Of a DNA stretch of 25,798 nt, positions 17,315-25,374 are shown in pieces. The translations under genes were made by a program, and so were the position numbers. How positions within the stretch are numbered: position 1 is the first letter of the stretch; every line of letters begins with the position of its first letter. The notes below the pieces were generated by a model. The model was given only the letters and a program-made list of their open reading frames with translations, was not told the DNA's origin and did not search any database. Origin of the DNA: Methanomicrobiaceae archaeon (GTDB lineage Archaea > Halobacteriota > Methanomicrobia > Methanomicrobiales > Methanomicrobiaceae); contig DAOVRB010000001.1 in the NCBI GenBank assembly GCA_030628325.1, positions 1 to 25,798 on the forward strand, in the 5' to 3' direction.

Positions 17315-17611
17315 ATGGCAAACGCAACCGCATACCTACATCTACAGAACGGCTCATACATACAGTCTGCTGTATCAGTCTATACAGCAGTCATGGGCGA
17401 TTGGTGGTACATAATGATGTATGTCGCCACCCTTCTGATGATGTATCTCTGGTCAAGGAATGATGGCGCTGTCGCTGTCATGGGACTGGTAGGCGCAGCA
17501 TATCTAAGGTATGCCACAGACATCTCAGCGAGCTTCTACCCTATACTGTATCTTATAGCAGTCCTGAACCTTGCCATGCTCTTGTACAAAGCTTTCGGGA
17601 AAGGAAAATGA
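17315..17611 (+). CDS. Three-TM membrane protein
   Basis: Hydrophobic; sequons NAT and NGS. Confidence 0.75.
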   Translation: MANATAYLHLQNGSYIQSAVSVYTAVMGDWWYIMMYVATLLMMYLWSRNDGAVAVMGLVGAAYLRYATDISASFYPILYLIAVLNLAMLLYKAFGKGK

Positions 17612-17712
17612 AGAAAAAGAACCCCTTGCATATCCGGCTGGTCAACCCCTACAAGTTCACCCGGAAAAGGAAAAAGAAGAAAAAACCTTATTCTAAACTC
17701 TTCTATTTATAG
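17608..17712 (+). CDS. Possible 34-aa highly basic peptide (MKKKNPLHIRLVNPYKFTRKRKKKKKPYSKLFYL)
   Basis: ATGA overlap with the upstream stop; hand translation. Confidence 0.4.
   Translation: MKKKNPLHIRLVNPYKFTRKRKKKKKPYSKLFYL
17686..17712 (+). promoter_or_regulatory. Promoter sharing the capsid-promoter motif
   Basis: CCTTATTCTAAAC identical to 8107-8119; TATTTATAG with TATA ending 23 nt before ATG 17735. Confidence 0.65.
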
Positions 17713-17734
17713 GCAATGTGAAAATAATATATGT

Positions 17735-18148
17735 ATGATAATAAACATTTTTTTAGTGGTTCTCATCTCCGCTTTCTGCTTTCTTCTTGCTGGTCTCTAT
17801 AATGGGACACATGGACTGAGAGATGAGACAGAAGGGAATGGATTGGGCAAGACAGAGAGAGACAAGAAGCATACCATAGGACTCACGTTCTGCCTGCTTG
17901 TCGTTGCTGCAATACTTTTCGGAATGACTGCCATGTGGGCTATGGATCTGGAACAGCAGCACTGCGAAAACCAGGTCACTAATACTATTATGTGTGTCGA
18001 TCAACAGGCGTGTGAGGACACGACATACACCAACGTGATAACATGTGAGACCACATACTACAGGCTTCAAGGACTGGCCTCAGTATTATCATTGCTGGCT
18101 CTTTTCAGTATGGTGATGATGGTCATTTTCGTTCTAAAGGGGGTATGA
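17735..18148 (+). CDS. Three-TM membrane protein
   Basis: Hydrophobic segments; Cys-containing loop. Confidence 0.75.
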   Translation: MIINIFLVVLISAFCFLLAGLYNGTHGLRDETEGNGLGKTERDKKHTIGLTFCLLVVAAILFGMTAMWAMDLEQQHCENQVTNTIMCVDQQACEDTTYTNVITCETTYYRLQGLASVLSLLALFSMVMMVIFVLKGV

Positions 18149-18660
18149 TTATGCAAGTCACATACAAAGACCTACAGGACTCAGAAGACATAGACAAGGA
18201 AGCTTTCGTCGGGTCTAACACAGATGTGAATGCATCTGAGAGCCTGTATAACACAAGCGACATGGCAAAGCTGATGAAAGAGTCCCTCGATGAGGTCGTG
18301 CCTGAGAGGATAAAGAGACTCCATATCTATGAAGAGTTCTGGGGGATCCTCGGCAAGACACTCAAGCTGACATTCATCAGACCAGAAGAGATCGAGTTCT
18401 TCCAGTACCTTTTCCGTAATGCCCGGCGCAGATACCTGATGTCTGTCCGACCTCATCATTATTCCTGGGATGATGGCATGCTGCTGGCACAGCTCGAGGT
18501 ATATTTCGAGGCAGCACTCAGGAGAGCAGTAGGCAAGAACTTCAACGAGAGAGAACTGATAGCCAGCCAGATCAGTCAGATAGTGCGCTCCAATACAGAG
18601 AGCCTGAACACTGGCGATTCAGGAGGGAGGATGAAACAGTTCTTCAATAAGGTATTCTAA
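18145..18660 (+). CDS. Hypothetical soluble protein
   Basis: ATGA overlap; GGGGGT RBS. Confidence 0.75.
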   Translation: MIMQVTYKDLQDSEDIDKEAFVGSNTDVNASESLYNTSDMAKLMKESLDEVVPERIKRLHIYEEFWGILGKTLKLTFIRPEEIEFFQYLFRNARRRYLMSVRPHHYSWDDGMLLAQLEVYFEAALRRAVGKNFNERELIASQISQIVRSNTESLNTGDSGGRMKQFFNKVF

Positions 18661-18671
18661 GGTGATATGAT

Positions 18672-19487
18672 ATGATAATGATAGAGACTTGGGAATTTTG
18701 GGCAGGAATTGTAGGATGGGTAACATCATCTATCTTTTTCCTGCTGTTCTTCGCATGCATGAAGCTGACACCAGCAAAAGCTTTCATTAAGGCATGGTTC
18801 ATCAAAGGATATGTGTTTTGGGTGAAAAACAAAGCAGGCATAGGCGAATTCAGGTGTGGTAAGGCAGATAATACAGGTTTTGCCAAGATCAAAGGATTAG
18901 GTCCTATCATGATAACAGAGAACAGTCAGGTGAGAGAGGACAGGAGCGGCCGCCCGGTGTTCGATCTCTTCTCAGAGTATGGAGCGACAATATCGCAGGA
19001 ATATGGTCCATTGGTACAGGAGATAAGGGAGAAAGGTCTTGTGGTCAACAATTTTAATGACTATGAGCACTATGTCAAGCTGGCATCAGAACCTAAGTAC
19101 ATTGAGGAGTACATGGAGAGACACAAGCATGTCCTGACTGATCCGGATGCTGCAAAAAAAGAACTGCAAGATACAAAAAAGAGACTGGAAGGCATGAAAC
19201 TGGAGATCAAGCCAAACAAGACCTACAGCTTCCACCAGCTTGCGCACATGTTCCCTTCTAACTTCACCCCTGTGTATGTAGAGGCACAGACAGAGGAGGC
19301 AGCGCTCCAGGCAAAGAAACAGGCCTTGAAGAACATCAATTTCACAACGATAGCCATGGGTGTTCTCATAATCATAGTGGCCCTGGTGATATTCTTGAAG
19401 ACATTCAGACCACCAGCATGCCCGGCATGTCAATGCATAGTAGAGACAGCAAAAGTGGCAGCAGCCTCGACCAACCTGGTGGTATGA
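18672..19487 (+). CDS. Protein with N- and C-terminal TMs and a CPACQC tail
   Basis: AGGTGA RBS; hydrophobic ends. Confidence 0.8.
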   Translation: MIMIETWEFWAGIVGWVTSSIFFLLFFACMKLTPAKAFIKAWFIKGYVFWVKNKAGIGEFRCGKADNTGFAKIKGLGPIMITENSQVREDRSGRPVFDLFSEYGATISQEYGPLVQEIREKGLVVNNFNDYEHYVKLASEPKYIEEYMERHKHVLTDPDAAKKELQDTKKRLEGMKLEIKPNKTYSFHQLAHMFPSNFTPVYVEAQTEEAALQAKKQALKNINFTTIAMGVLIIIVALVIFLKTFRPPACPACQCIVETAKVAAASTNLVV

Positions 19488-19970
19488 TTGGATGATGCGC
19501 TTGGAGTAAGTAAGAAGATAGAGAGCCACGGCTCCTTTCTGACGAACAGGCGCATAAACGCCCTGTTCATGGAAGTGGATGCATGCGCATTGAAGGCTAA
19601 CAGACACTTCCATATATCTTCTATCGTTGCCTATTTCAGCGCATTGGAGCAGATATACATCAATGTTGAGGACATAATCCTGGATGAGAAGGTCTTCAAG
19701 GAGATAGAGAAGGCAAGGAGGGATTATTATTTCGCTGAGACCTTGCAGAACACCCATACGAAATATCACACTGCTAAACTCCTCCTCTTCCAGTTGAGGA
19801 CACTGAGGGCTTATAATCGTCTATTGGTGCATGGCATGCAGAAAGACATGGAATACTTTTTCAGGACAGGGCAGAGGCAGAGGAAAGGTCTGCAAAGGAT
19901 CAATTTCCACAGGGATTCTATATTTTCGACAAAGAGGGACAAGGATGCAGCAGTCAAAGAAGAGGAGTAG
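19488..19970 (+). CDS. Hypothetical helical protein
   Basis: TTG start after GGTGGT; abuts the upstream stop. Confidence 0.7.
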   Translation: MDDALGVSKKIESHGSFLTNRRINALFMEVDACALKANRHFHISSIVAYFSALEQIYINVEDIILDEKVFKEIEKARRDYYFAETLQNTHTKYHTAKLLLFQLRTLRAYNRLLVHGMQKDMEYFFRTGQRQRKGLQRINFHRDSIFSTKRDKDAAVKEEE

Positions 19971-20274
19971 ATTCAGCAAGGAAAGCATGCAGGATGCAGG
20001 CATGCGTTTAGGGATAGGCTACCAGGCAGGTATGCAGGTAGGTACAAAGAAATTCATAGGCAGGTATGACATCTACAGGCGCATAAGCGGTCCTGTTATC
20101 GCCCTCATTGGATTCTTTTGCCTGCTCTCTGGGAATGTATCCCTTAGTGTGTTCCTGCTTGCTATTGCGCATTTGCAGATACTTGTAAATCAGGTATGGC
20201 ACAAACTCAGGAGCATAGAGTATTTCTTGGATAAGGAGGGAGGAAATGGAAACAGAAGTGAAGACAACCTATGA
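19945..20274 (+). CDS. Small membrane protein
   Basis: Hydrophobic hairpin; start revised to 19945 after GAGGGA. Confidence 0.6.
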   Translation: MQQSKKRSRFSKESMQDAGMRLGIGYQAGMQVGTKKFIGRYDIYRRISGPVIALIGFFCLLSGNVSLSVFLLAIAHLQILVNQVWHKLRSIEYFLDKEGGNGNRSEDNL

Positions 20275-20590
20275 ATGCTACGGCATAGGCAGGCGCATAG
20301 GCAATGAGATACGATTGAATGAACACCTGAAAGACTATCCTGTGCTGCATGATCTTGTCTTGCAGCATGAACTCAAACACTTCATAGGAAAGAAGAACGT
20401 GGATTGGCAGGAACCTTTCAATCTGGATCTATTCACCTGGACACTTAAGCATCCATCCTCATGGCTCCAGGTTCTGCCTCTGAGGATAGATGGAGATGTG
20501 CTTGCATACAGCTGGACACTTATCTACCTCTGGGTGTTTGTGATCGCCTGGGCTATCTTCCTGTTTGTATTTGTGTTAGGGGTGTTATAG
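20246..20590 (+). CDS. Small HExxH (zincin-like) protein with a C-terminal TM
   Basis: VLQHELKH; GGAGG RBS. Confidence 0.7.
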   Translation: METEVKTTYECYGIGRRIGNEIRLNEHLKDYPVLHDLVLQHELKHFIGKKNVDWQEPFNLDLFTWTLKHPSSWLQVLPLRIDGDVLAYSWTLIYLWVFVIAWAIFLFVFVLGVL

Positions 20591-21427
20591 ATGTCAGAAT
20601 TCAAAGAATGGATGGATAGATCAACCAATCTCCTGGACAGTTCTATCAGGGTGTATGACAGGACGATCAATGAATATTTCAGCCAGCATGATAAGATAGA
20701 GCTGGGCAAGATCAATGAGTTCATAGCCCACAGTTTCAGGGAGAGCAGAAGCCCTCATAAGAAGTATGCCTTCAAGCATTACCTGAAATTCAAAGGCAAG
20801 ACACATCTCTATAAGCGGCTTGTCAAGGCAAGGATAATGCCCCGGAAAAAGAAAGGCACACACCTGCCTGCAAGGACAGTGCAGAAGGTCATACTAAACA
20901 TAGAGAATGAGAGATGCAGAGACATAGCGACACTCATGTATGCGACAGGAGCCAGAGCGATAGAGATCCTTTCCCTGCAAGACAAGAACATAGACCTGGA
21001 TTATGACAATGACATCATACGCATCACAGTCATAGGCAAGGGCGCAAAGGAAGGATTCCTGCCCCTGTCAAAGAGTTATCAGCACCTGCTTGAGAAGTAC
21101 ATGGGTGACACTGGTTATCTGTTCCTGTCCCCTTCTGCTGACCTTGCAGATGATCCCGACATAATCAGGATGCTCACCAATGCCAGGGCGTATCTGTATG
21201 AGCAGCTAAAGAGGTCTGCTCTGAGTCTGGGCATAACTAAATTTGGGACACATGACTTTCGGCGTAATGTGGCACAGAGCATCCTACGCAAGACCAAAGA
21301 CATAACACAGGTCAAGAACGCCCTGCGTCATAAATCTATCCTGACGACATTGAAATATTTGGATGAGGACATGGCAGAGTTCAAGGATGCTGTCCTGGAA
21401 CATCAGGCAGAGGTATTTCACGAATGA
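20591..21427 (+). CDS. Tyrosine recombinase 1 (XerC/D-like)
   Basis: TGARAIE (R), GKG-K, THDFRR (HxxR), LRH...TLKY (H, Y). Confidence 0.92.
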   Translation: MSEFKEWMDRSTNLLDSSIRVYDRTINEYFSQHDKIELGKINEFIAHSFRESRSPHKKYAFKHYLKFKGKTHLYKRLVKARIMPRKKKGTHLPARTVQKVILNIENERCRDIATLMYATGARAIEILSLQDKNIDLDYDNDIIRITVIGKGAKEGFLPLSKSYQHLLEKYMGDTGYLFLSPSADLADDPDIIRMLTNARAYLYEQLKRSALSLGITKFGTHDFRRNVAQSILRKTKDITQVKNALRHKSILTTLKYLDEDMAEFKDAVLEHQAEVFHE

Positions 21428-21597
21428 CAGAGATCAGGAGAAAAAGAGGGATCACTGTGATACGTTTCGGCTTCTTAGAGATCACCTTATCAAACCTCAA
21501 CAGACACAGGTACAATGACCTACGCAAGGCTGCCAGAGATAACAGGCTGACACCCAGCAGAGTCTTTGAACTGATGAGAAAGGAGAGTCTGAAATGA
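21424..21597 (+). CDS. Small basic protein (57 aa), possibly RHH-like DNA-binding
   Basis: ATGA overlaps at both ends; MTEIRRKRG...RYNDLRKAARDNRLTPSRVFELM. Confidence 0.55.
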   Translation: MTEIRRKRGITVIRFGFLEITLSNLNRHRYNDLRKAARDNRLTPSRVFELMRKESLK

Positions 21598-21809
21598 GAT
21601 GCCTGAAAGGAGAAGACAAGGAATGCGAGACCTGTAAGGATAAGGTGTTTAGTTTCGATGAATGGTATTGCATCGGCATCCGCAAGCCAAGGCAGATCAT
21701 TGTCAGAAGCAAGAAAAAAGAGGAAGTGGATAAGCCCTCTCAGAGAAAGGATCCAACGCAGAGAAGACTTAAGCCTCATAAAGGTAAGTGTAGATTCAGG
21801 TGTGGATAA
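21594..21809 (+). CDS. Small Cys-containing basic protein
   Basis: C..CETC..C; AGGAG RBS. Confidence 0.55.
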   Translation: MRCLKGEDKECETCKDKVFSFDEWYCIGIRKPRQIIVRSKKKEEVDKPSQRKDPTQRRLKPHKGKCRFRCG

Positions 21810-21972
21810 TATAGCAAAGAAAAAAAAATATCAATGTTCTGTACATGGCATCATAATCCATATTGACTGTGTTGAATGTCGCAGGAATCTTAAACAGATT
21901 CTCAAAGAAAAAGGTTTGTACTTGGCTACCTATATAAACAGACCTCTTCCCGGACAGTACATTTACACATGA
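21802..21972 (+). CDS. Small CxxH/CxxC protein
   Basis: CSVH...CVEC; GTG start inferred. Confidence 0.45.
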   Translation: MDNIAKKKKYQCSVHGIIIHIDCVECRRNLKQILKEKGLYLATYINRPLPGQYIYT

Positions 21973-21996
21973 GAGGCTAGGGGTTCACGCAATAAG

Positions 21997-22200
21997 ATGG
22001 CAAAGAAAAAACACAAGGCTCAAGCACCTGCCCTGAAATACAGGAACCCATTACCAGACAGGTCGCTAAGAAGTAATCATCATAGACCAAAACATTTAAT
22101 CCCTATTTCTGACCATCCAAAAAAGAGTAAGCATGTGTTGAAACCTTACCCTTCCAATCGTAAGTTTACATTGTGGAACTTGTGGAACTTCTGGGATTAA
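21997..22200 (+). CDS. Small basic hypothetical protein
   Basis: ORF track; no clear RBS. Confidence 0.4.
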   Translation: MAKKKHKAQAPALKYRNPLPDRSLRSNHHRPKHLIPISDHPKKSKHVLKPYPSNRKFTLWNLWNFWD

Positions 22201-22386
22201 TTGTATGGCCATCTTCTGAAAGTACCTGGTACTTTCCAAGTCCGGCATAGATTTTATATGCCTTGCAGTTTCTCGGCTAAGTCCGGCGCACATTATACCT
22301 TCTCGCAGCCTATGCCCTGCCCTGTCCTGCAGGGCGCTCCACTCTCAGCAGATCCGCAGCAGATTGGCTCTTCCTCGATTGTATTC

Positions 22387-22409
22387 TGTGAAAATACTAT
22401 ATTTTCACA
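22387..22409. repeat. Perfect inverted repeat TGTGAAAATA-cta-TATTTTCACA
   Basis: 10-bp arms, read directly. Confidence 0.85.
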
Positions 22410-22496
22410 TATAAGGGGCTTTTCTCCTCAAATTATCCTTTTTACTATAATAATATATAGAGAATGTTCTAATGATGAAATATGAAAATTGAAATT

Positions 22497-23357
22497 TCAG
22501 GTAATTAATCCATAGTCAAAAAGCGAACGTTGTCCAGGACATCTGAGTGCATATACCTGCTTCTTCACCCCCTGATAGAACTCTGTTAGTTTCCTATTTG
22601 TCAACTTAAAACCCAGCAAAGTGTCTATATCAATACTGTGTAATACATTGTCCTCGCATAAGCCTATGGTCTCATAAGGGAATACATAATGGTTCATTGT
22701 TGTCTCTGTCTTAGTATGTCCGAACGCTCTTGAGAGGCTAACTGCGTCACGTCCGAAAGTCATGTAATAATGGAAAGAGAAAGCGAATCTACGGAACGAA
22801 TAGGGATGCAGACGATACAATGATTTATCTTGTCCTTTAAGCTGGTAGGTATTCTCCTCTAACAGGAAGGGACAATCCTTGAAGTCACCGACTCCTTTAC
22901 TCACTGACTTCCTTGCCTGTGTGAATAGCTTTGACAGTGCGTGAGTGGTTGTCCAGGGGAAGACCTTGTCAGCAGCATACTGAGGATAGATTTCACGATA
23001 ACCCATTATCTGATCTGAGAGCCACTTGGAGAACATGGGCTTCTCGATCTCTTTGTAGAAAGTCTTTCTGCATATCCAAGTTATCCGGTTCTTGGGCTTG
23101 TACACCATATGCCTTATCTTCTCTATCTCTGTGTTGTCTTTAGAGAAGAACAGACCGCTCCATTTAAGGTTGACAACTTCTATCGGTCTCATGGCTTCGA
23201 TGCCTATCAGTCCCATTGCGATCTTGAAAGGATGGAAGTCTGGTATCCTGTCCAAGAATGTCCTGAACTCTGTCGCTGTGGGTACTGGATACCTGTAGAG
23301 TGCCTTCACCGTCACTACATCAAAATCCTGGTACTTCTGTTTTTCTACCTGTCTCAT
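22497..23357 (-). CDS. Tyrosine recombinase 2 (divergent)
   Basis: AMRPIEVVNL (R), YKPK (K), HPYSFRR (Y at the usual His position), FGH...TMNHY (H, Y); GGAGG RBS. Confidence 0.85.
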   Translation of the reverse strand: MRQVEKQKYQDFDVVTVKALYRYPVPTATEFRTFLDRIPDFHPFKIAMGLIGIEAMRPIEVVNLKWSGLFFSKDNTEIEKIRHMVYKPKNRITWICRKTFYKEIEKPMFSKWLSDQIMGYREIYPQYAADKVFPWTTTHALSKLFTQARKSVSKGVGDFKDCPFLLEENTYQLKGQDKSLYRLHPYSFRRFAFSFHYYMTFGRDAVSLSRAFGHTKTETTMNHYVFPYETIGLCEDNVLHSIDIDTLLGFKLTNRKLTEFYQGVKKQVYALRCPGQRSLFDYGLIT

Positions 23358-23399
23358 TCCTAAAACCTCCGGTTGTATTTATTGGGGAGTGACAAGAAA

Positions 23400-23436
23400 T
23401 ATTTAAATATATCCTTACTATATCGTTATGATATAG
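23400..23436. promoter_or_regulatory. Self-complementary TATA box plus an adjacent palindrome
   Basis: TATTTAAATA at 23400-23409; CTATATC-gttat-GATATAG at 23418-23436; lies between divergent genes. Confidence 0.55.
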
Positions 23437-23455
23437 AAATGATATATTAAAATGT

Positions 23456-23493
23456 CATTCCTCTGTTTCATTTGAAACTACAACAGAGGAGTG
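23456..23493 (+). other. Stem-loop
   Basis: CATTCCTCTGTT / AACAGAGGAGTG, 12 bp including one G-U pair. Confidence 0.6.
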
Positions 23494-23564
23494 AAAAGTT
23501 ACAGCTAAATAAAAACATTGGATAAAAAACCAGAGGATTACCGGAAAACTAAACGTGAACGAAA

Positions 23565-23699
23565 ATGGCAAAAACCCTGATAGACCTAAACATTAAACTG
23601 AAACAGCGTCTGACCAAATACCTGGAAGAACACAAGGCATCACAGAGCGCAGTCATTAACGTGTCTCTTGGAGATTTCCTCAAACAGAGAGGGTACTAA
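23565..23699 (+). CDS. Ribbon-helix-helix (CopG-like) regulator, 44 aa
   Basis: MAKTLIDLNIKLKQRLTKYLEEHKASQSAVINVSLGDFLKQRGY shows a strand-helix-turn-helix pattern; hand translation, below the track cutoff. Confidence 0.7.
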   Translation: MAKTLIDLNIKLKQRLTKYLEEHKASQSAVINVSLGDFLKQRGY

Positions 23700-23972
23700 T
23701 GAGGAGTAACACAACCCCCCCAACATTTATATATATGTGAAAATAAGGGATTATAATATGGCTATGGCGTGGTCAATGGTTCAAGGATATAAAACGCTAT
23801 TCTTTAGCGTTGTACTGAGTATAATTTCTTTCTGTATATTTTATCCTTCATGCTTATTCTACGCCAATTTGAGAGAGAGGTATTCCTCCGAAAACCCTTC
23901 CGGAGTATATGACTGTCAGGGATACCTCTCTCTTCTTTTTCTTTCACAATCAAAACAAGGAGGCGTAAGACT

Positions 23973-24512
23973 ATGAAGATAATCAAGGTCACAAAGAAAG
24001 ACCTGGACAGAAAGAACCACTACAAGAAAAAAGAGATCACAGGACTCTGCAATGTCCAGATAGATGTAGGATTGGGTTGTGTGATTTTTTCTAAGCTATC
24101 AGTGAAAGGATATATCTCTGCCAGAGCAGGATCTGGAATATTTGTTGGGGACAGTATCAGAGCAGGTCGAGGAATCCAATCCGACATAAGCATTGAATCA
24201 GGCGGCAGCATCAAGGCAGGCAGCGGCATCAAAGCAAACCGGAACATCATAGCAGAGGGCAGCATCCTTGCAGGCGGCAGCATCCAAGCAAACCAGGACA
24301 TCACTGCAAAATGGTTCATCCAGGCAACTATAGCTATCTTATCGAATGGGAACCTCAAAGCAGGTGGCAGCATCATAACACATTATTCAGGGATTCATGC
24401 ACAGACAATCTCATGCCTGCGCATGACGGTAGGCTTCTTCTCACGTAAAAAACAGATCATCTCAGGTCGTTTGTTAGACGGCGAAATCTGGGGAGATTTC
24501 AAGGAGGATTGA
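23973..24512 (+). CDS. Gly-rich beta-helix repeat protein
   Basis: Hexapeptide repeats I-x-A-G-x-[GS]; AGGAGG RBS. Confidence 0.8.
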   Translation: MKIIKVTKKDLDRKNHYKKKEITGLCNVQIDVGLGCVIFSKLSVKGYISARAGSGIFVGDSIRAGRGIQSDISIESGGSIKAGSGIKANRNIIAEGSILAGGSIQANQDITAKWFIQATIAILSNGNLKAGGSIITHYSGIHAQTISCLRMTVGFFSRKKQIISGRLLDGEIWGDFKED

Positions 24513-24514
24513 AA

Positions 24515-25063
24515 ATGGAACCACTGAGACAGACCAATATATACAAACCGAACAGGTTATACAAGGACATGCCAATGCGCACAGTCACCGGAGAGTTTTT
24601 CGGAGGCAGAGTCCATTGTGCAGAACCTGAGACAAAGCCAGAGCAAGAACCTTCCTTTCTTCTCACACGACCTGAGAAAAAATACCGTCCAAAAAAATCA
24701 GTATCAAAGATACAGCAGCAGAAGATATTATCCCAGCTTGTGAAGAAACAACAGAGACTTACAAGAAAGCAAAGACAGCAACTGGAAAGAGAAGAGCGGC
24801 TCAAAAGAGAGAGACTCAAAAGAGAGAGACTCAATGAGCGCACAAACCAGTTCCTGGATTTCCTGAGAGGCGAAAGATTGCCTGCAAAGATAGGCGACCT
24901 ACACAAGAGTTTCCACAAGATAGTGAATTACAGAACATTCCAGAGAAGAATCCAGGTCATCCATGAGCAGGGAAGGATAACCATAAAGAAGGTTATCGGT
25001 GGGAAGGCTGGATGCACTACCCTTATTCTGAAAGTAAACAAGGTGAGACAAGATGCCAGATAA
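24515..25063 (+). CDS. Coiled-coil protein with a C-terminal winged HTH
   Basis: ERLKRERLKRERL coil; IGDLHKSF...YRTFQRRIQVIHEQGRITIKK; GGAGG 7 nt before ATG 24515. Confidence 0.75.
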   Translation: MEPLRQTNIYKPNRLYKDMPMRTVTGEFFGGRVHCAEPETKPEQEPSFLLTRPEKKYRPKKSVSKIQQQKILSQLVKKQQRLTRKQRQQLEREERLKRERLKRERLNERTNQFLDFLRGERLPAKIGDLHKSFHKIVNYRTFQRRIQVIHEQGRITIKKVIGGKAGCTTLILKVNKVRQDAR

Positions 25064-25187
25064 CTACACCAGATACATTGAGCAGTTGACAAAAGAACTT
25101 CTTGAACCGCCAAAGCTGCGCCTGAGAACAGCCATACCAAAACTGGAGGACACAACAGATGCAGACCGACTTAGGCAGATTCGATGA
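25053..25187 (+). CDS. Small hypothetical protein (44 aa, MPDNYTRYIEQL...)
   Basis: AGGTGA RBS; fills the operon gap. Confidence 0.5.
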   Translation: MPDNYTRYIEQLTKELLEPPKLRLRTAIPKLEDTTDADRLRQIR

Positions 25188-25374
25188 AGAGATCCACTCC
25201 CACATCTGGATGCAGAGGCAGTGTCCGAACTGCGCTGCATGTAGATTCTTCCAGCATGGCAACTGCCAGAACCCTTCTGCCCTTGGCTTTGTCTGTCACG
25301 ATCACAGACTTTGCTATGAGGATGGGAACATCCCACTCATACAGAATTTGAGGAGAGTCCAGATAAATGGATGA
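25159..25374 (+). CDS. Small Cys-rich protein
   Basis: CPNCAAC..C..C.H..C; GGAGG RBS. Confidence 0.6.
   Translation: MQTDLGRFDEEIHSHIWMQRQCPNCAACRFFQHGNCQNPSALGFVCHDHRLCYEDGNIPLIQNLRRVQING

Noticed and set aside
19086-19769. 227-aa minus-strand ORF
   Set aside because: Entirely antisense to two well-supported operon genes
22096-22485. ORFs 22201..22485 (+) and 22096..22293 (-)
   Set aside because: Mutually overlapping, no clear RBS and no recognisable protein features; left unassigned
20591-23400. tRNA gene or tRNA-derived attP
   Set aside because: No T-loop GTTC(G/A)A(A/G)TC stem found by eye on either strand; a tRNA scan would be needed to exclude it fully
23737-23992. ORFs 23737..23976 (+) and 23804..23992 (-)
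   Set aside because: AT-rich promoter-like region with weak starts; more likely non-coding
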